A DNA stretch of 64,000 bases from Burkholderiales bacterium (lineage in GTDB: Bacteria; Pseudomonadota; Gammaproteobacteria; Burkholderiales; Ga0077523): the NCBI GenBank assembly GCA_022843925.1, contig JALHMS010000001.1, positions 328,741 to 392,740 on the forward strand, given 5' to 3'. A model generated the notes under the pieces. That model worked only from the letters and a program-made list of their open reading frames with translations, was not told the DNA's origin and made no database searches. Shown in pieces: positions 9,519 to 19,178 of the stretch. Numbering within the stretch: position 1 is the stretch's first letter; every line of letters begins with the position of its first letter. A program made the translations under genes and the position numbers.

Positions 9519-11045
9519 TCAGCGCAGGAAGAGGGCCGTGAGGACCGCGAGGGTCGCGACGAGGACGGCGACGATGCCGGCGAGCAGGCGCGTCTGCCGG
9601 CGCTGTTCGCGGACGAGCCTTGCCACGGTGGCCTCGAGCGCGTGGGGCTCCGGCTCCGACAGCGCCCGGTGGGCGAGGCGCGGCAGCTGGGGGATCAACT
9701 CCGCCCACTGCGGGGCTTCCTCGCGCAGATGCCGCACCAGCCCGCGCCAGCCCATCTGCTCGGACATCCAGCGTTCGAGGTACGGCTTGCCTGTCTTCCA
9801 GAGGTCGAGATCGGGGTCGAGCTGCCTTCCCAGACCTTCGATGTTGAGGAGCGTCTTCTGCAGCAGCACGAGCTGCGGCTGCACTTCGAGGTTGAACCGC
9901 CGCGCCGTCTGGAAGAGCCGCAGCAGCACCTTGCCGAACGAGATCTCCTTCAGCGGCTTGTCGAAGATCGGTTCGCAGACCGCGCGGATCGCGGACTCGA
10001 ACTCGTCGACGCGCGTGCCGGGCGGCACCCAGCCGGCGTCCACGTGGGCCTGCGCCACGCGCCGGTAGTCGCGGCGGAAGAAGGCGAGGAAGTTCTGCGC
10101 GAGGTAGTTCTTGTCGACGTCGGTGAGCGTGCCCATGATCCCGAAGTCGAGCGCCACGTAGCGGCCCTCGCGGGTCACGAGGATGTTCCCCGGGTGCATG
10201 TCGGCGTGGAAGAAGCCGTCGCGGAACACCTGCATGAAGAAGATCTCGACGCCCGTGCGCGACAGGCGCGCGATGTCGACCCCCTGGGCCCGGAGGTTGT
10301 CGACCTGCGAGACCGGCAGCCCGTGCATGCGCTCCATCACCATGACCTCGGTCGCGCACCAGTCCCAGAACACCTCGGGCACGAGCAGGAGGTCCGAGCC
10401 CCGGAAGTTGCGACGCAGCTGGCTCGCACTCGCCGCTTCGCGGAGGAGATCGAGCTCGTCGTGCAGATGCTTCGCGAACTCGGCGATGACTTCGCGCGGC
10501 TTCAGGCGTCGGCCGTCGGGCCACACGGCATCGACCACGGCGGCGGCGGTCTCGAGGAGCGCCAGGTCACGGTCGATCACGCTGCCGATGCCGGGCCGCA
10601 GGATCTTGATGGCGGCCTCGCGCCCGTCGGGCAGCACGGCGAAGTGCACCTGCGCCACCGACGCGCTCGCGACGGCTTCGCGCTCGAAATCCTGGAAGAC
10701 CTCGTCGACCGGCCGGCCGTAGACCCGCGCGAGCGTTGCCAGCACCTGGTCGGTGGGAAACGGCGGCACCTGGTCCTGCAGCTTCGCCAGCTCGTCGGCG
10801 ATGTCGACCGGGATCAGGTCGCGCCGGGTCGAGAGCACCTGGCCGAACTTCACGAAGATGGGGCCCAGCGCTTCCAGCGCGAGGCGCAGGCGCTCGCCCC
10901 GCGGGCGGTCGAGCCGGCGCCAGAAGAGGACGTTGCGGATGATGGGGCGCAGCCAGCGGACGCTGCTGTGAGCGAGCACGAACTCATCGAGCCCGAACCG
11001 CACCCCGACGGTCACGATCTTCGAGAGTCGCAGCAACGGCAGCAT
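9519..11045 (-). CDS. ubiB: ubiquinone biosynthesis regulatory kinase-like protein UbiB
   Basis: 508 aa. [16 protein letters not shown], an ABC1/ADCK kinase-like core ([11 protein letters not shown]) and a C-terminal TM segment. Sits in the conserved ubiE-ubiJ-ubiB order. Confidence 0.93.
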   Translation of the reverse strand: MLPLLRLSKIVTVGVRFGLDEFVLAHSSVRWLRPIIRNVLFWRRLDRPRGERLRLALEALGPIFVKFGQVLSTRRDLIPVDIADELAKLQDQVPPFPTDQVLATLARVYGRPVDEVFQDFEREAVASASVAQVHFAVLPDGREAAIKILRPGIGSVIDRDLALLETAAAVVDAVWPDGRRLKPREVIAEFAKHLHDELDLLREAASASQLRRNFRGSDLLLVPEVFWDWCATEVMVMERMHGLPVSQVDNLRAQGVDIARLSRTGVEIFFMQVFRDGFFHADMHPGNILVTREGRYVALDFGIMGTLTDVDKNYLAQNFLAFFRRDYRRVAQAHVDAGWVPPGTRVDEFESAIRAVCEPIFDKPLKEISFGKVLLRLFQTARRFNLEVQPQLVLLQKTLLNIEGLGRQLDPDLDLWKTGKPYLERWMSEQMGWRGLVRHLREEAPQWAELIPQLPRLAHRALSEPEPHALEATVARLVREQRRQTRLLAGIVAVLVATLAVLTALFLR

Positions 11046-11070
11046 GACGGGGCGGGCGCGGCGCGCGGCC

Positions 11071-11649
11071 TCAGCCGCGGTCGCGTTCCAGGCGCTCGAC
11101 GCGTCGGAGCAGCCGCTCGACGTCGTCGCGGATGGTGTCGACGTCGCTCATCCAGGCATCGATCTCCGCCCGCGGCGGGGTGACGCGGCCCTCTTCCGTG
11201 ACGTATTCGGTGACCGCGCGAGTCGCGCGATCGGCGGCGTCGCGCCCGGCGGCAGCCGTCGCGCGGAGAGCGCTCGCGGCCCGATGCGCCACGATGTCGC
11301 CGAACACCCGGGAGAGATCCTCCTCGAAGTCCCAGCGCAGCTCCGTCGCGAGCCGTCGGACCACCACCGCGAACTCGGCGTCGCCGTCGACGCGCGCCTC
11401 GGCGTAGGCCGATTCGTCACCGGCGGCGAGACGCAGCGCGGCGCCCACGGGCATCGAGACATCCAGATCGATGGGCCCGTCGGTGTCCGCTGCCGCGACC
11501 CCGCCGTGCGCGGTGACGAGCAGGGCGACATCGACGAGGCCGGAACGCAGTCGCAGCCGACGACCACCGTACGGCGCCAGTGCCTCGCGTGCCCACGGCG
11601 CGGTCGCGAGGATGTGTTCGATTCCGGCGGCGACGGTGCGGGCCAGCAT
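11071..11649 (-). CDS. ubiJ: ubiquinone biosynthesis accessory factor UbiJ (SCP2-like)
   Basis: 192-aa ORF between ubiE and ubiB. SCP2-like N-terminal half and a coiled C-terminal tail ([16 protein letters not shown]). Confidence 0.75.
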   Translation of the reverse strand: MLARTVAAGIEHILATAPWAREALAPYGGRRLRLRSGLVDVALLVTAHGGVAAADTDGPIDLDVSMPVGAALRLAAGDESAYAEARVDGDAEFAVVVRRLATELRWDFEEDLSRVFGDIVAHRAASALRATAAAGRDAADRATRAVTEYVTEEGRVTPPRAEIDAWMSDVDTIRDDVERLLRRVERLERDRG

Positions 11650-11654
11650 CGCGG

Positions 11655-12386
11655 TCAGAGCGCCCAGCCGCGGTGGACCGCGACGACGCCACCGGTCAGG
11701 TTGAAGTACTCGACGCGTTCGAGGCCCACGTCTTCCATCATGCCCTTCAGCGTCTCCTGGTCAGGATGCATGCGGATCGATTCCGCGAGATAGCGGTAGG
11801 CCTCGGGATTGCCCGCGACCAGGCTGCCCAGCTTCGGCAGCACCTGGAACGAGTACGCGTCGTACAGCGGTGCGAGCGGCTTCGCGACCTTCGAGAACTC
11901 GAGCACCACCGCCCGGCCACCGGGCCGCAGCACGCGGCGGAACTCGGCGAGCGCACGGTCCTTGTGCGTCATGTTGCGCAGGCCGAAGGCGACGATCACG
12001 CAGTCGAACTTCGCATCCGGAAAGGGCAGGTGCTCCGCATCGCAGCGGGCCACCGCCGTCAGGATGCCCTCGTCGGCGAGCCGGTCGCGGCCCGTGGCGA
12101 GCATCGGACCGTTGATGTCGGTGAGCCACACTTCGCCGGTGGGGCCGACGCGTCGCTTCAGCAGGCGCGTCATGTCGCCCGTGCCGCCGGCGACGTCGAG
12201 GACGCGCTGACCGGGCCGGACGAGGCAGGCGTCCACCGCGAAGCGTTTCCAGAGGCGGTGCAGGCCCGCAGACATGAGGTCGTTCATCAGGTCGTAGCGG
12301 GTGGCCACGGCGTCGAAGACACCGGCGACGCGCTGGGCCTTCTCGGCCTCGTCGACCTGCTGGTAGCCGAAGTCGGTCTTACTCAT
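11655..12386 (-). CDS. ubiE: demethylmenaquinone/ubiquinone C-methyltransferase
   Basis: 243 aa. [11 protein letters not shown] start, SAM motif [10 protein letters not shown], and FGLRNMT motif. Confidence 0.93.
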   Translation of the reverse strand: MSKTDFGYQQVDEAEKAQRVAGVFDAVATRYDLMNDLMSAGLHRLWKRFAVDACLVRPGQRVLDVAGGTGDMTRLLKRRVGPTGEVWLTDINGPMLATGRDRLADEGILTAVARCDAEHLPFPDAKFDCVIVAFGLRNMTHKDRALAEFRRVLRPGGRAVVLEFSKVAKPLAPLYDAYSFQVLPKLGSLVAGNPEAYRYLAESIRMHPDQETLKGMMEDVGLERVEYFNLTGGVVAVHRGWAL

Positions 12387-12822
12387 CGGTGGGGGCCGCC
12401 TTGGTCGCGTGGGGGAGAGGGTCCGCCCGGTTCAGTTTGTGGATGTCGATGCGGACGCCCGGTTCGCGGGATGCGCCGGCCACGCGCAGCCGGTCGAGGT
12501 AACGCTGCCAGAGGACCTCCTGGTTGCGACCCAGTTCGTGGAGGTAGTCCCAGGCGTAGAGGCCGGTGTCGTGGCCGTCGCTGAAGACGAGCTTCACGGC
12601 GTAGTTGCCCACCGGATCGATGGCCTGGATGTTGACGTCCTGCTTCCCCACCTGGAGCGTCTCCTGGCCGGGGCCGTGCCCCCGCACCTCCGCCGACGGG
12701 CTGTAGACCCGCAGGAACTCGCAGGGCAGCTGGAAACGGGACCCGTCGTCGAACGCGACCTCCAGCAGACGCGACTTCTGGTGCAGGACGATGTCGGTGG
12801 GAGAGACGGAAGGGTTGGCCAT
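12379..12822 (-). CDS. DUF971 (gamma-butyrobetaine hydroxylase-like N-terminal domain) protein
   Basis: Met at 12822 ([27 protein letters not shown]). [18 protein letters not shown] and [13 protein letters not shown] match DUF971. The 3' end overlaps the ubiE start by 8 nt. Confidence 0.75.
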   Translation of the reverse strand: MANPSVSPTDIVLHQKSRLLEVAFDDGSRFQLPCEFLRVYSPSAEVRGHGPGQETLQVGKQDVNIQAIDPVGNYAVKLVFSDGHDTGLYAWDYLHELGRNQEVLWQRYLDRLRVAGASREPGVRIDIHKLNRADPLPHATKAAPTDE

Positions 12823-12890
12823 GGGAGTCCGGGAGTCGCGGTAGCCCCGGGATGATACCGCGCGGGCCTTCGCGAACGGTCGTCTCGGAG

Positions 12891-12910
12891 TTGTCACTGT
12901 TCTGTAACAT
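12891..12910 (+). promoter_or_regulatory. candidate Pho box upstream of phoB
   Basis: TTGTCACTGTTCTGTAACAT contains two TGTCA/TGTAA half-sites 11 nt apart. This resembles the CTGTCAT-N4-CTGTCAT consensus. It lies about 90-108 nt upstream of the phoB ATG. Confidence 0.45.
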
Positions 12911-12998
12911 GGGCTTCATAGCATCCTGTGCATTCTCGTTCGGGCGCCGCCATCCGGCGTCGTCCGATACCTTGCGCAAGATGCCTCCGGAGACCCCC

Positions 12999-13688
12999 AT
13001 GGCCGCGACGATTCTGGTGGTCGAAGACGAACCTGCAATCCAGGAACTGATTGCCTACAACCTGAAGCAGGCGGGACATCAGCTGCTGAAGGCCGACAAC
13101 GCCGAGCAGGCGATGCACCTCGTACAGACGGCCCTGCCAGACCTCGTGCTCCTCGACTGGATGCTGCCCGGGATCTCCGGGGTGGAGTTCGCCCGCCGAC
13201 TCCGGGCCGACCGGCGCACTCGGCAGATCCCGATCATCATGCTCACCGCCCGGTCGGAGGAACAGGACAAGTTGACCGGCCTCGAGACGGGCGCCGACGA
13301 CTACGTCACCAAGCCGTTCTCCCCCCGCGAATTGAACGCCCGCGTGAAGGCGGTGCTCCGCCGCCGCGCCCCGCAGGTCACCGACGACGTGGTGCGCATG
13401 GGCGGTCTGGAGCTGGATCCGGCGAGCCATCGCGTCACCGGCAACACCCAGCCGGTCGACCTCGGCCCGACCGAGTTCCGCCTGCTGCACTTCCTGATGA
13501 CGCACTCCGAGCGCGTCCACTCCCGCGCCCAGCTGCTCGACCAGGTCTGGGGCGATCACGTCTTCGTGGAGGAGCGCACCGTCGACGTCCACATCCGTCG
13601 TCTGCGCAAGGCGCTGGAACCCACGACCCTCGACAGTCTCATCCAGACCGTCCGCGGCACCGGCTACCGCTTCTCGACCACGCCGTGA
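12999..13688 (+). CDS. phoB: phosphate regulon response regulator PhoB (OmpR family)
   Basis: ATG at 12999 (MAATILVVEDEPAIQEL). Receiver motif DLVLLDWMLPG...KP and winged helix RTVDVHIRRLRKAL...RGTGYRF. Followed by phoR. Confidence 0.9.
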   Translation: MAATILVVEDEPAIQELIAYNLKQAGHQLLKADNAEQAMHLVQTALPDLVLLDWMLPGISGVEFARRLRADRRTRQIPIIMLTARSEEQDKLTGLETGADDYVTKPFSPRELNARVKAVLRRRAPQVTDDVVRMGGLELDPASHRVTGNTQPVDLGPTEFRLLHFLMTHSERVHSRAQLLDQVWGDHVFVEERTVDVHIRRLRKALEPTTLDSLIQTVRGTGYRFSTTP

Positions 13689-13789
13689 GCGGGTGGCTCC
13701 GGCGGCGTCTGCGGTGAGACAATCGCGCGTCAGCCTGTCCGCCCCCGGCGACCCTCCGTGCATCCGGCCACGATGAATTCCCCCCTCCC

Positions 13790-15127
13790 ATGAGCCCGCA
13801 CTGGCGCAAGGTCATCGGCGCGCTCGCGCCCGGCGGTGCCCTGGCGCTGTTCGTCGGCCTCATCGCCGGTCCGGCATTCGGGTTCGGCCTCGCAGCACTG
13901 CTCTTCGGGGTCTTGCTCGCACAACAGGTCTACAACCTCTCGCTCTTCCGCGTCTGGCTGCTGGACCCCCGCATCGACAACATCCCCGAGGGCACCGGGA
14001 CCTGGGAGCAGCTCTTCTCGCGGCTGCTCCGCATGCACAAGCGCCAGGCGCAGACCGAGGCGAGCCTGCAGGAAGCCCTCACCAGGTTCCTGAAGGCCGG
14101 TGCGGCGCTGCCCGAGGCGGTGGTCATCCTCGATGGCGACAACCACGTCGAGTGGTGCAACCCGCAGGCTGCCACGTACTTCGGGCTCGACCCCGAGCGG
14201 GATCGCGGGCAGCAGGTCACCTACCTCCTGCGGCATCCGCACTTCGTCGACTATCTCCTGAACGGCGACTACGGGAGCCCGCTCACGCTCAAGCTGCCCG
14301 TCGCGAACGGGGACGTGATCGTGTCCTTGCAGATCGTCCCGTACGGCGATCACGAGAAGCTCCTCCTCGGCCGCGACGTCACGCGCTGGGAGCGGCTCGA
14401 GACCACCCGCCGGGACTTCGTCGCCAACGTCTCGCACGAGCTGCGCACGCCGCTCACGGTGCTGAGCGGGTTCCTCGAGACGCTCACCGACATGGAGGAG
14501 GACGACCGCGACATGCGGCGGCGCTCGCTCAGTCTCATGACCCAGCAGGCCGTGCGCATGAGCCAGCTGGTGGAGGACCTGCTGACGCTCTCGCGCATCG
14601 AGATCGCGGTCGCCGCGCCGAAGGAGGATCCGATCGACATGGAGGATCTCCTCCAGCACCTGCACCAGGACGCCCTCGCCCTGTCGAACGGCCGCCATCG
14701 GATCCATCTGCACGTGGACACCGAGGACACCCTGAAAGGCAGCAGCGACGAGATCCGCAGCGCGTTCGGCAACCTCGTGAGCAACGCGATCCGCTATACG
14801 CCCGAGGGCGGCCAGATCGACATGCGCTGGCACATCGACGGCGACAAGCCGGTCTTCTCGGTGACCGACACCGGCATCGGCATCGAGAGCCATCACATCG
14901 ACCGCCTCACCGAGCGCTTCTATCGCGTGGACCGAAGCCGTTCGCGCGAGACGGGCGGCACCGGGCTCGGACTCGCGATCGCGAAGCACGTGCTCTCGCG
15001 CCACAACGCGACGCTCGAGGTCGCGAGCGTGCCCGGCAAGGGCAGCACGTTCAGCGCCGTCTTTGCGCCGGAGCAGCGGGTGGACGGTGCTGCGCCGCGT
15101 CTCTCGAGGCGCACCGGCACCGGTTGA
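13790..15127 (+). CDS. phoR: phosphate regulon sensor histidine kinase PhoR
   Basis: 445 aa with an N-terminal TM pair and a PAS-like segment. H-box FVANVSHELRTPLT, N box NLVSNAIRYT, G boxes DTGIGI and GTGLGLAI. Confidence 0.9.
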   Translation: MSPHWRKVIGALAPGGALALFVGLIAGPAFGFGLAALLFGVLLAQQVYNLSLFRVWLLDPRIDNIPEGTGTWEQLFSRLLRMHKRQAQTEASLQEALTRFLKAGAALPEAVVILDGDNHVEWCNPQAATYFGLDPERDRGQQVTYLLRHPHFVDYLLNGDYGSPLTLKLPVANGDVIVSLQIVPYGDHEKLLLGRDVTRWERLETTRRDFVANVSHELRTPLTVLSGFLETLTDMEEDDRDMRRRSLSLMTQQAVRMSQLVEDLLTLSRIEIAVAAPKEDPIDMEDLLQHLHQDALALSNGRHRIHLHVDTEDTLKGSSDEIRSAFGNLVSNAIRYTPEGGQIDMRWHIDGDKPVFSVTDTGIGIESHHIDRLTERFYRVDRSRSRETGGTGLGLAIAKHVLSRHNATLEVASVPGKGSTFSAVFAPEQRVDGAAPRLSRRTGTG

Positions 15128-15203
15128 TCCGCAGTTGTCCCGTGGCACCATCCCGGACCGGCGCCGGCCGTGCGCCCCTCCCGTCATCCGCCACGGAACG
15201 TCC

Positions 15204-16577
15204 ATGAGCCTCGTCGATTCCCTCCGCTCAGCCCTCGGTGCCGACAGCGTCCGCAGCGGCGCCGACATCGGTGCCCGCCACCAGGGTGACTGGCTGATCA
15301 AGGCCGGCCCCGACGACATCCCGCTGGCACTCGCACTGCCCCGCGACACGGCGCAGGTGTCGACAGTGCTGCGCCATTGCCACGAGGCCGGCGTGCCGGT
15401 CGTCCCGCAGGGCGGACTCACGGGCCTGACCGGTGGCGCCGTCCCGGTCCGAGGCGCCGTGCTGCTGTCGCTCGAACGCATGCGCGCCATCGAGGAGGTC
15501 GACGCCATCGCCGGCACCATCACCGTCCAGGCGGGTGTGCCGCTGCAGATCGTGCAGGAGGCCGCCGACGATGCCGGTCTTCTGTTCCCGCTAGACATCG
15601 GCGGTCGCGGGTCGTGCCTGATCGGCGGGAATCTCTCGACGAACGCCGGCGGCAATCGCGTGCTCCGCTACGGCATGGCCCGCGAACTGGTGCTCGGCAT
15701 CGAGGCCGTGCTCGCCGACGGCACGGTCATCACGTCGCTCAACAAGATGCTGAAGAACAACGCGGCCTACGACGTGAAGCAGCTCTTCATCGGCAGCGAG
15801 GGCACGCTCGGCGTCATCACGCGCGCGGTGCTGCGGCTCTTCCCGAAGCCCGTGACGACGAGCACGGCGCTGTGCGCCTTCACCGAGTTCGACCGCATCT
15901 ACGACTTCCTGCGCCGCGCCCGCGCCCATCTCGGCGGGACGCTCTCGGCGTTCGAGACCATGTGGCAGCCGTTCTACGCGCGGGCCGTCGAAGGTCGCAC
16001 GCAGCCGCTCGCCACCGACGCCATCGCCTACGTGCTCATCGAGTCGATGGGTACCGATCCGGCCCGTGACGGCGAGCATTTCGGCGCCCTCATCGAGAAG
16101 GCGCTGGAGGACGGCCTGGTGACCGATGCCGTCGTCGCCCAGTCGATGAAGGAGACGAAGCAGCTCTGGGACATCCGCGACGCGTCGGGCGAACTGGTGC
16201 AGAAGCTGAATCCGGTCGGGAACTACGACGTGAGCATCGCCACCGGCCGCATCCAGGCGTTCGTGCTCGAACTCTCGTCCCGCCTCGCCGCGCGCTGGCC
16301 CGGCGCCGAGGCGATCTGCTTCGGCCATCTCGCCGACAGCAACCTGCACATGTTCGTGAAGGTCGACGAGCGGCCGTTCCCGGAGCACGCGATCGACGAG
16401 GTCGTGTACGGCTGCGTGCGCGACTGGCAGGGCTCGATCTCCGCCGAGCACGGCATCGGGCTCCTGAAGAAGGACTTCCTCGACTACTCGCGCACGCCCG
16501 AGGAGATCGCGCTCATGAAGCGCGTGCGGCTGGCGATGGATCCGAAGGGCATCCTCAATCCGGGGAAGATTTTCTAG
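15204..16577 (+). CDS. FAD-binding oxidoreductase, GlcD / D-2-hydroxyacid dehydrogenase family
   Basis: ATG at 15204 (MSLVDSLRSALGAD). FAD_binding_4-type VVPQGGLTGLTGGAVP and C-terminal SAEHGIGLLKK. The stop shares the palindrome CTAG with the convergent HIT gene. Confidence 0.85.
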   Translation: MSLVDSLRSALGADSVRSGADIGARHQGDWLIKAGPDDIPLALALPRDTAQVSTVLRHCHEAGVPVVPQGGLTGLTGGAVPVRGAVLLSLERMRAIEEVDAIAGTITVQAGVPLQIVQEAADDAGLLFPLDIGGRGSCLIGGNLSTNAGGNRVLRYGMARELVLGIEAVLADGTVITSLNKMLKNNAAYDVKQLFIGSEGTLGVITRAVLRLFPKPVTTSTALCAFTEFDRIYDFLRRARAHLGGTLSAFETMWQPFYARAVEGRTQPLATDAIAYVLIESMGTDPARDGEHFGALIEKALEDGLVTDAVVAQSMKETKQLWDIRDASGELVQKLNPVGNYDVSIATGRIQAFVLELSSRLAARWPGAEAICFGHLADSNLHMFVKVDERPFPEHAIDEVVYGCVRDWQGSISAEHGIGLLKKDFLDYSRTPEEIALMKRVRLAMDPKGILNPGKIF

Positions 16578-17005
16578 AGAAGGGTTGCCAGTCGTGCCGC
16601 GACCGCCTCGCGGAACCCGTCCGGCAGCGTGCGTTCAGTATCCCGCCTGCGCTCGCCCCACACCGCGTTCGGGAAGTGCGCGTCGTCCGTGAACCGCGGG
16701 ATCACGTGCCAGTGCACGTGCGGGACCATGTTGCCGAAGGACGCGAGGTTGATCTTGTCCGGCCGCAGCACTTCGCGCAGCGCGGTCTCGGCCGCGTACA
16801 CCGCCGCCATGCAATGCGCGCGGTCCGCCACGGCGAGGTCCGTCATCTCCTTCACGTGCGCGGTCCAGATGACGCGGAGGAAGCCGGGATGATCGGCGTC
16901 GTCGACGAGCACGATGCGCAGGTGGTCGTCGCGGAAGAGCGGCTCGCCGCCGTCCTCCCGGTCATGCGGGCAGAGCGGGCAGTGGGGTTCGGCGGTGTCG
17001 GACAT
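16574..17005 (-). CDS. HIT-family (histidine triad) protein
   Basis: In-frame Met at 17005 (MSDTAEPHCPLCPHD). Histidine triad HVHWHVIPR. The rest of the 706-aa track ORF is antisense to the MFS gene. Confidence 0.85.
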   Translation of the reverse strand: MSDTAEPHCPLCPHDREDGGEPLFRDDHLRIVLVDDADHPGFLRVIWTAHVKEMTDLAVADRAHCMAAVYAAETALREVLRPDKINLASFGNMVPHVHWHVIPRFTDDAHFPNAVWGERRRDTERTLPDGFREAVAARLATLL

Positions 17006-17110
17006 CGCGGGAATCCGATTCGTGGGATCGACCGAGTATAGGGTCCGGTGTCGAACGTCCGCGACGCATGCCACACTCCGGCCTCCCGCGATGTCCCCCA
17101 CCGGACCCCG

Positions 17111-18556
17111 ATGACCGACCGTTCCACGCCGCCTGCCGCCGGCATCCACACCCCCACCGACACCGGCCAGTTCCTCCGCCTCTTCACATCGGTGATGCTG
17201 CCGATGTTCATGGCGGCGGTCGACCAGACCCTGCTCGCCACCGCAACGCCGCTCATCGCCGCGGAGCTGGGTGGCCTGCGCGACACGTCGTGGATCGCCG
17301 TCGGCTATCTGCTCGCAGCAGCCGCGACCACGCCGATGTACGGCCGGTTCGGCGATCGCTTCGGGCGCCGCGAGACGTTGCTCGTCGCGCTGGGCATCTT
17401 CACCGTGGGGTCGATCGCGTGTGCCGCCGCGCAGTCGCTCACGATGCTGGTGATCGCCCGCGTGCTGCAGGGCCTGGGCGGCGGCGGGTTGATGACGCTC
17501 TCGCAGGCCTTGATCGGCGAACTGGTATCCCCGCGTGAACGCGCCCGATTCCAGGGCTACTTCGCCGCGATGTTCAGCCTCGCGAGCATCGGCGGTCCGG
17601 TGATCGGAGGCCTCGTCGTTTCGCACGCGAGCTGGCGCTGGCTCTTCATCGTGAACGTGCCGCTCTGCGCCTTCGCGGTGTGGCGCCTCTCGACGCTGCC
17701 GCGCGGCAAGGGTCACGACGCCGCGCCGACCCAGGACTTTCCGGGCATCGTGCTCTTCGCGGGCGCCATCGTCGGGACGCTCTACTGGCTCTCGTCCGGC
17801 GGGCACCGCTTCCCGTGGACCTCCCCGGAGAGCCTCGGCCTCGCCGCCGCGAGCGCCGTGCTGCTGGGCCTGCTCGTGTGGCACGAACGCCGTCATCCGG
17901 CGCCGTTCCTCCCGCTCGAACTGTTGCGCATGCCGGCCATCGCGTTCTGCGGTCTCACCACCACGCTGTTCGCGGCGTGCATGTTCGCGATGATCTTCTT
18001 CCTGCCGGTGTATCTGCAGCTGGGCTATCAGACGACCGCCACCACCTCCGGCCTGCTCCTGCTGCCGCTCACGCTGGGCATGGTGACGGGCTCGACGGTG
18101 AGCGGCCGCATCGTCGCGAGGATCGGCGTGCCGCGCTGGATTCCGGTGGTGGGCATGGGGATCGCAGCCCTCGGCCTCGCCGCGCTCGGCGTGCTCTCGG
18201 CCGGGCCGCGCACCGTGGGCATCCTCGGGTTCATCGTGGGGGCCGGGTTCGGCACCGTGATGCCGACGATGCAGGTCACGGTGCAGACCGTCGCCGGCCG
18301 CGCCCGCCTCGGCGCCGCGACGTCGATCGTGTCGCTGTCTCGGTCGCTGGGTGCCGCGACCGGTACGGCGCTCTTCGGAGCACTGGTCTTCGCGTTGATG
18401 CCGGAGACGGACCTCGCGCATCTCGCGGAACACGTGCGCAACGCCCCGCGTGAATCGCTGCTGCCGGCGTTCCACACGGCGTTCCTGGTGGCAGCGGCGG
18501 TCGCGGCCCTGGCGTCGTTCGCGGCGAGCCGGGTGCCGCGGGTGGAGTTGAAATAG
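17111..18556 (+). CDS. MFS transporter, DHA2 (EmrB/QacA-like, 14-TM) family
   Basis: About 14 hydrophobic segments and MFS motif A GRFGDRFGRRETL. The start is either 17111 (ATG, MTDRST) or 17048. Confidence 0.85.
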   Translation: MTDRSTPPAAGIHTPTDTGQFLRLFTSVMLPMFMAAVDQTLLATATPLIAAELGGLRDTSWIAVGYLLAAAATTPMYGRFGDRFGRRETLLVALGIFTVGSIACAAAQSLTMLVIARVLQGLGGGGLMTLSQALIGELVSPRERARFQGYFAAMFSLASIGGPVIGGLVVSHASWRWLFIVNVPLCAFAVWRLSTLPRGKGHDAAPTQDFPGIVLFAGAIVGTLYWLSSGGHRFPWTSPESLGLAAASAVLLGLLVWHERRHPAPFLPLELLRMPAIAFCGLTTTLFAACMFAMIFFLPVYLQLGYQTTATTSGLLLLPLTLGMVTGSTVSGRIVARIGVPRWIPVVGMGIAALGLAALGVLSAGPRTVGILGFIVGAGFGTVMPTMQVTVQTVAGRARLGAATSIVSLSRSLGAATGTALFGALVFALMPETDLAHLAEHVRNAPRESLLPAFHTAFLVAAAVAALASFAASRVPRVELK

Positions 18557-18591
18557 GGGAGTCGAGGGGCCCGAAGAGGACGTTCGACCGG

Positions 18592-18660
18592 TCAGGGAGA
18601 TGCCCGAGCTGGGGTCAGGAACTCGGTACGAGCCTCGGAGTGATAGCGGATGGACCTCAC
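18592..18660 (-). pseudogene. truncated RelE/ParE-type toxin remnant (22 codons)
   Basis: A GTG overlaps the antitoxin stop (GTGA) and opens VRSIRYHSEARTEFLTPARASP-stop. The IRYHSEARTEF stretch resembles the N-terminus of ParE/RelE toxins that pair with this antitoxin family. Only 100 nt remain before the MFS stop codon. Confidence 0.45.
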
Positions 18661-18890
18661 CGACGAATGCGGCGGCGAGCTTCCGCGTGCACATCCTCAG
18701 CGGGAATCAGATCCGCGGTGCGTGCCTCGACTTCAGCCATGCGCCGCTCGATCTTCCGATCCCAGGCCGCCTCCACTTCGGGGGCAGGCGCCTGTTCCAG
18801 GGATTCCAGCAACTCCTCCGCCAGGCGCGCGCGATCTTCGGGCGGCAACGTCTTCGCTTGCGCCGTCAGTTCTTCCAGCGGGGTAGGCAT
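18657..18890 (-). CDS. addiction-module antitoxin component (TIGR02574-like)
   Basis: Met at 18890 gives 77 aa: MPTPLEELTAQAKTLPPEDRARLAEELLESLEQAPAPEVEAAWDRKIERRMAEVE... This matches the family pattern (L..eeR..La..LleSL, aW..EieRR). Confidence 0.75.
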   Translation of the reverse strand: MPTPLEELTAQAKTLPPEDRARLAEELLESLEQAPAPEVEAAWDRKIERRMAEVEARTADLIPAEDVHAEARRRIRR

Positions 18891-19007
18891 CACGATCTCC
18901 AGGCGACAGGGAAAGAGTTTGGCGCTCGGTGCCAAGGAACGGCTCGGGTGGAATAGGGGCGTGATGGCGAATTCGGCGGTCGCCTCGAGCCGAATCGGGA
19001 GGGTGGC

Positions 19008-19178
19008 GTTGTAGAAGGGGCTGTTCGTGGGTCGGGCTTCAGCCCGACGCGGCGTATCCCGTGACCACGCCGCACCCCACGCAGTCGCCGCGTCGCCCTG
19101 TAGGCCGACCCACGGACACCCACGGGCGACGCAACCCGCATCGAATCCCGACGCAGGCGCTTCGTCACCCCCTACAAC
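19008..19178. repeat. REP/MITE-like palindromic intergenic element
   Basis: GTTGTAGAAGGGG (19008-19020) is inverted against CCCCCTACAAC (19168-19178). Inside are hairpin GTCGGGC-ttca-GCCCGAC (19031-19048), stem CGTCGCCC/GGGCGACG (19091-19098 / 19124-19131) and a direct repeat ACCCACGG x2 (19108-19125). The TGTAGG..GGCTTCAGCCCGAC type resembles REP-like repeats in other proteobacteria. Confidence 0.4.

Noticed and set aside
6507-10524. Over-long track ORFs for potC (545 aa), potB (563 aa) and potA (774 aa)
   Set aside because: Each real gene begins at an internal Met (7286, 8164, 9285) where the sequence switches from Arg/Pro/Gly-rich noise to typical permease or ATPase sequence. The extensions simply read through the upstream neighbour out of frame.
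16574-18694. 706-aa minus-strand ORF
   Set aside because: Only the C-terminal 143 aa (HIT protein, start at 17005) are meaningful. The remainder is antisense to the 14-TM MFS gene and reads as Arg/Gly/Glu-rich noise.
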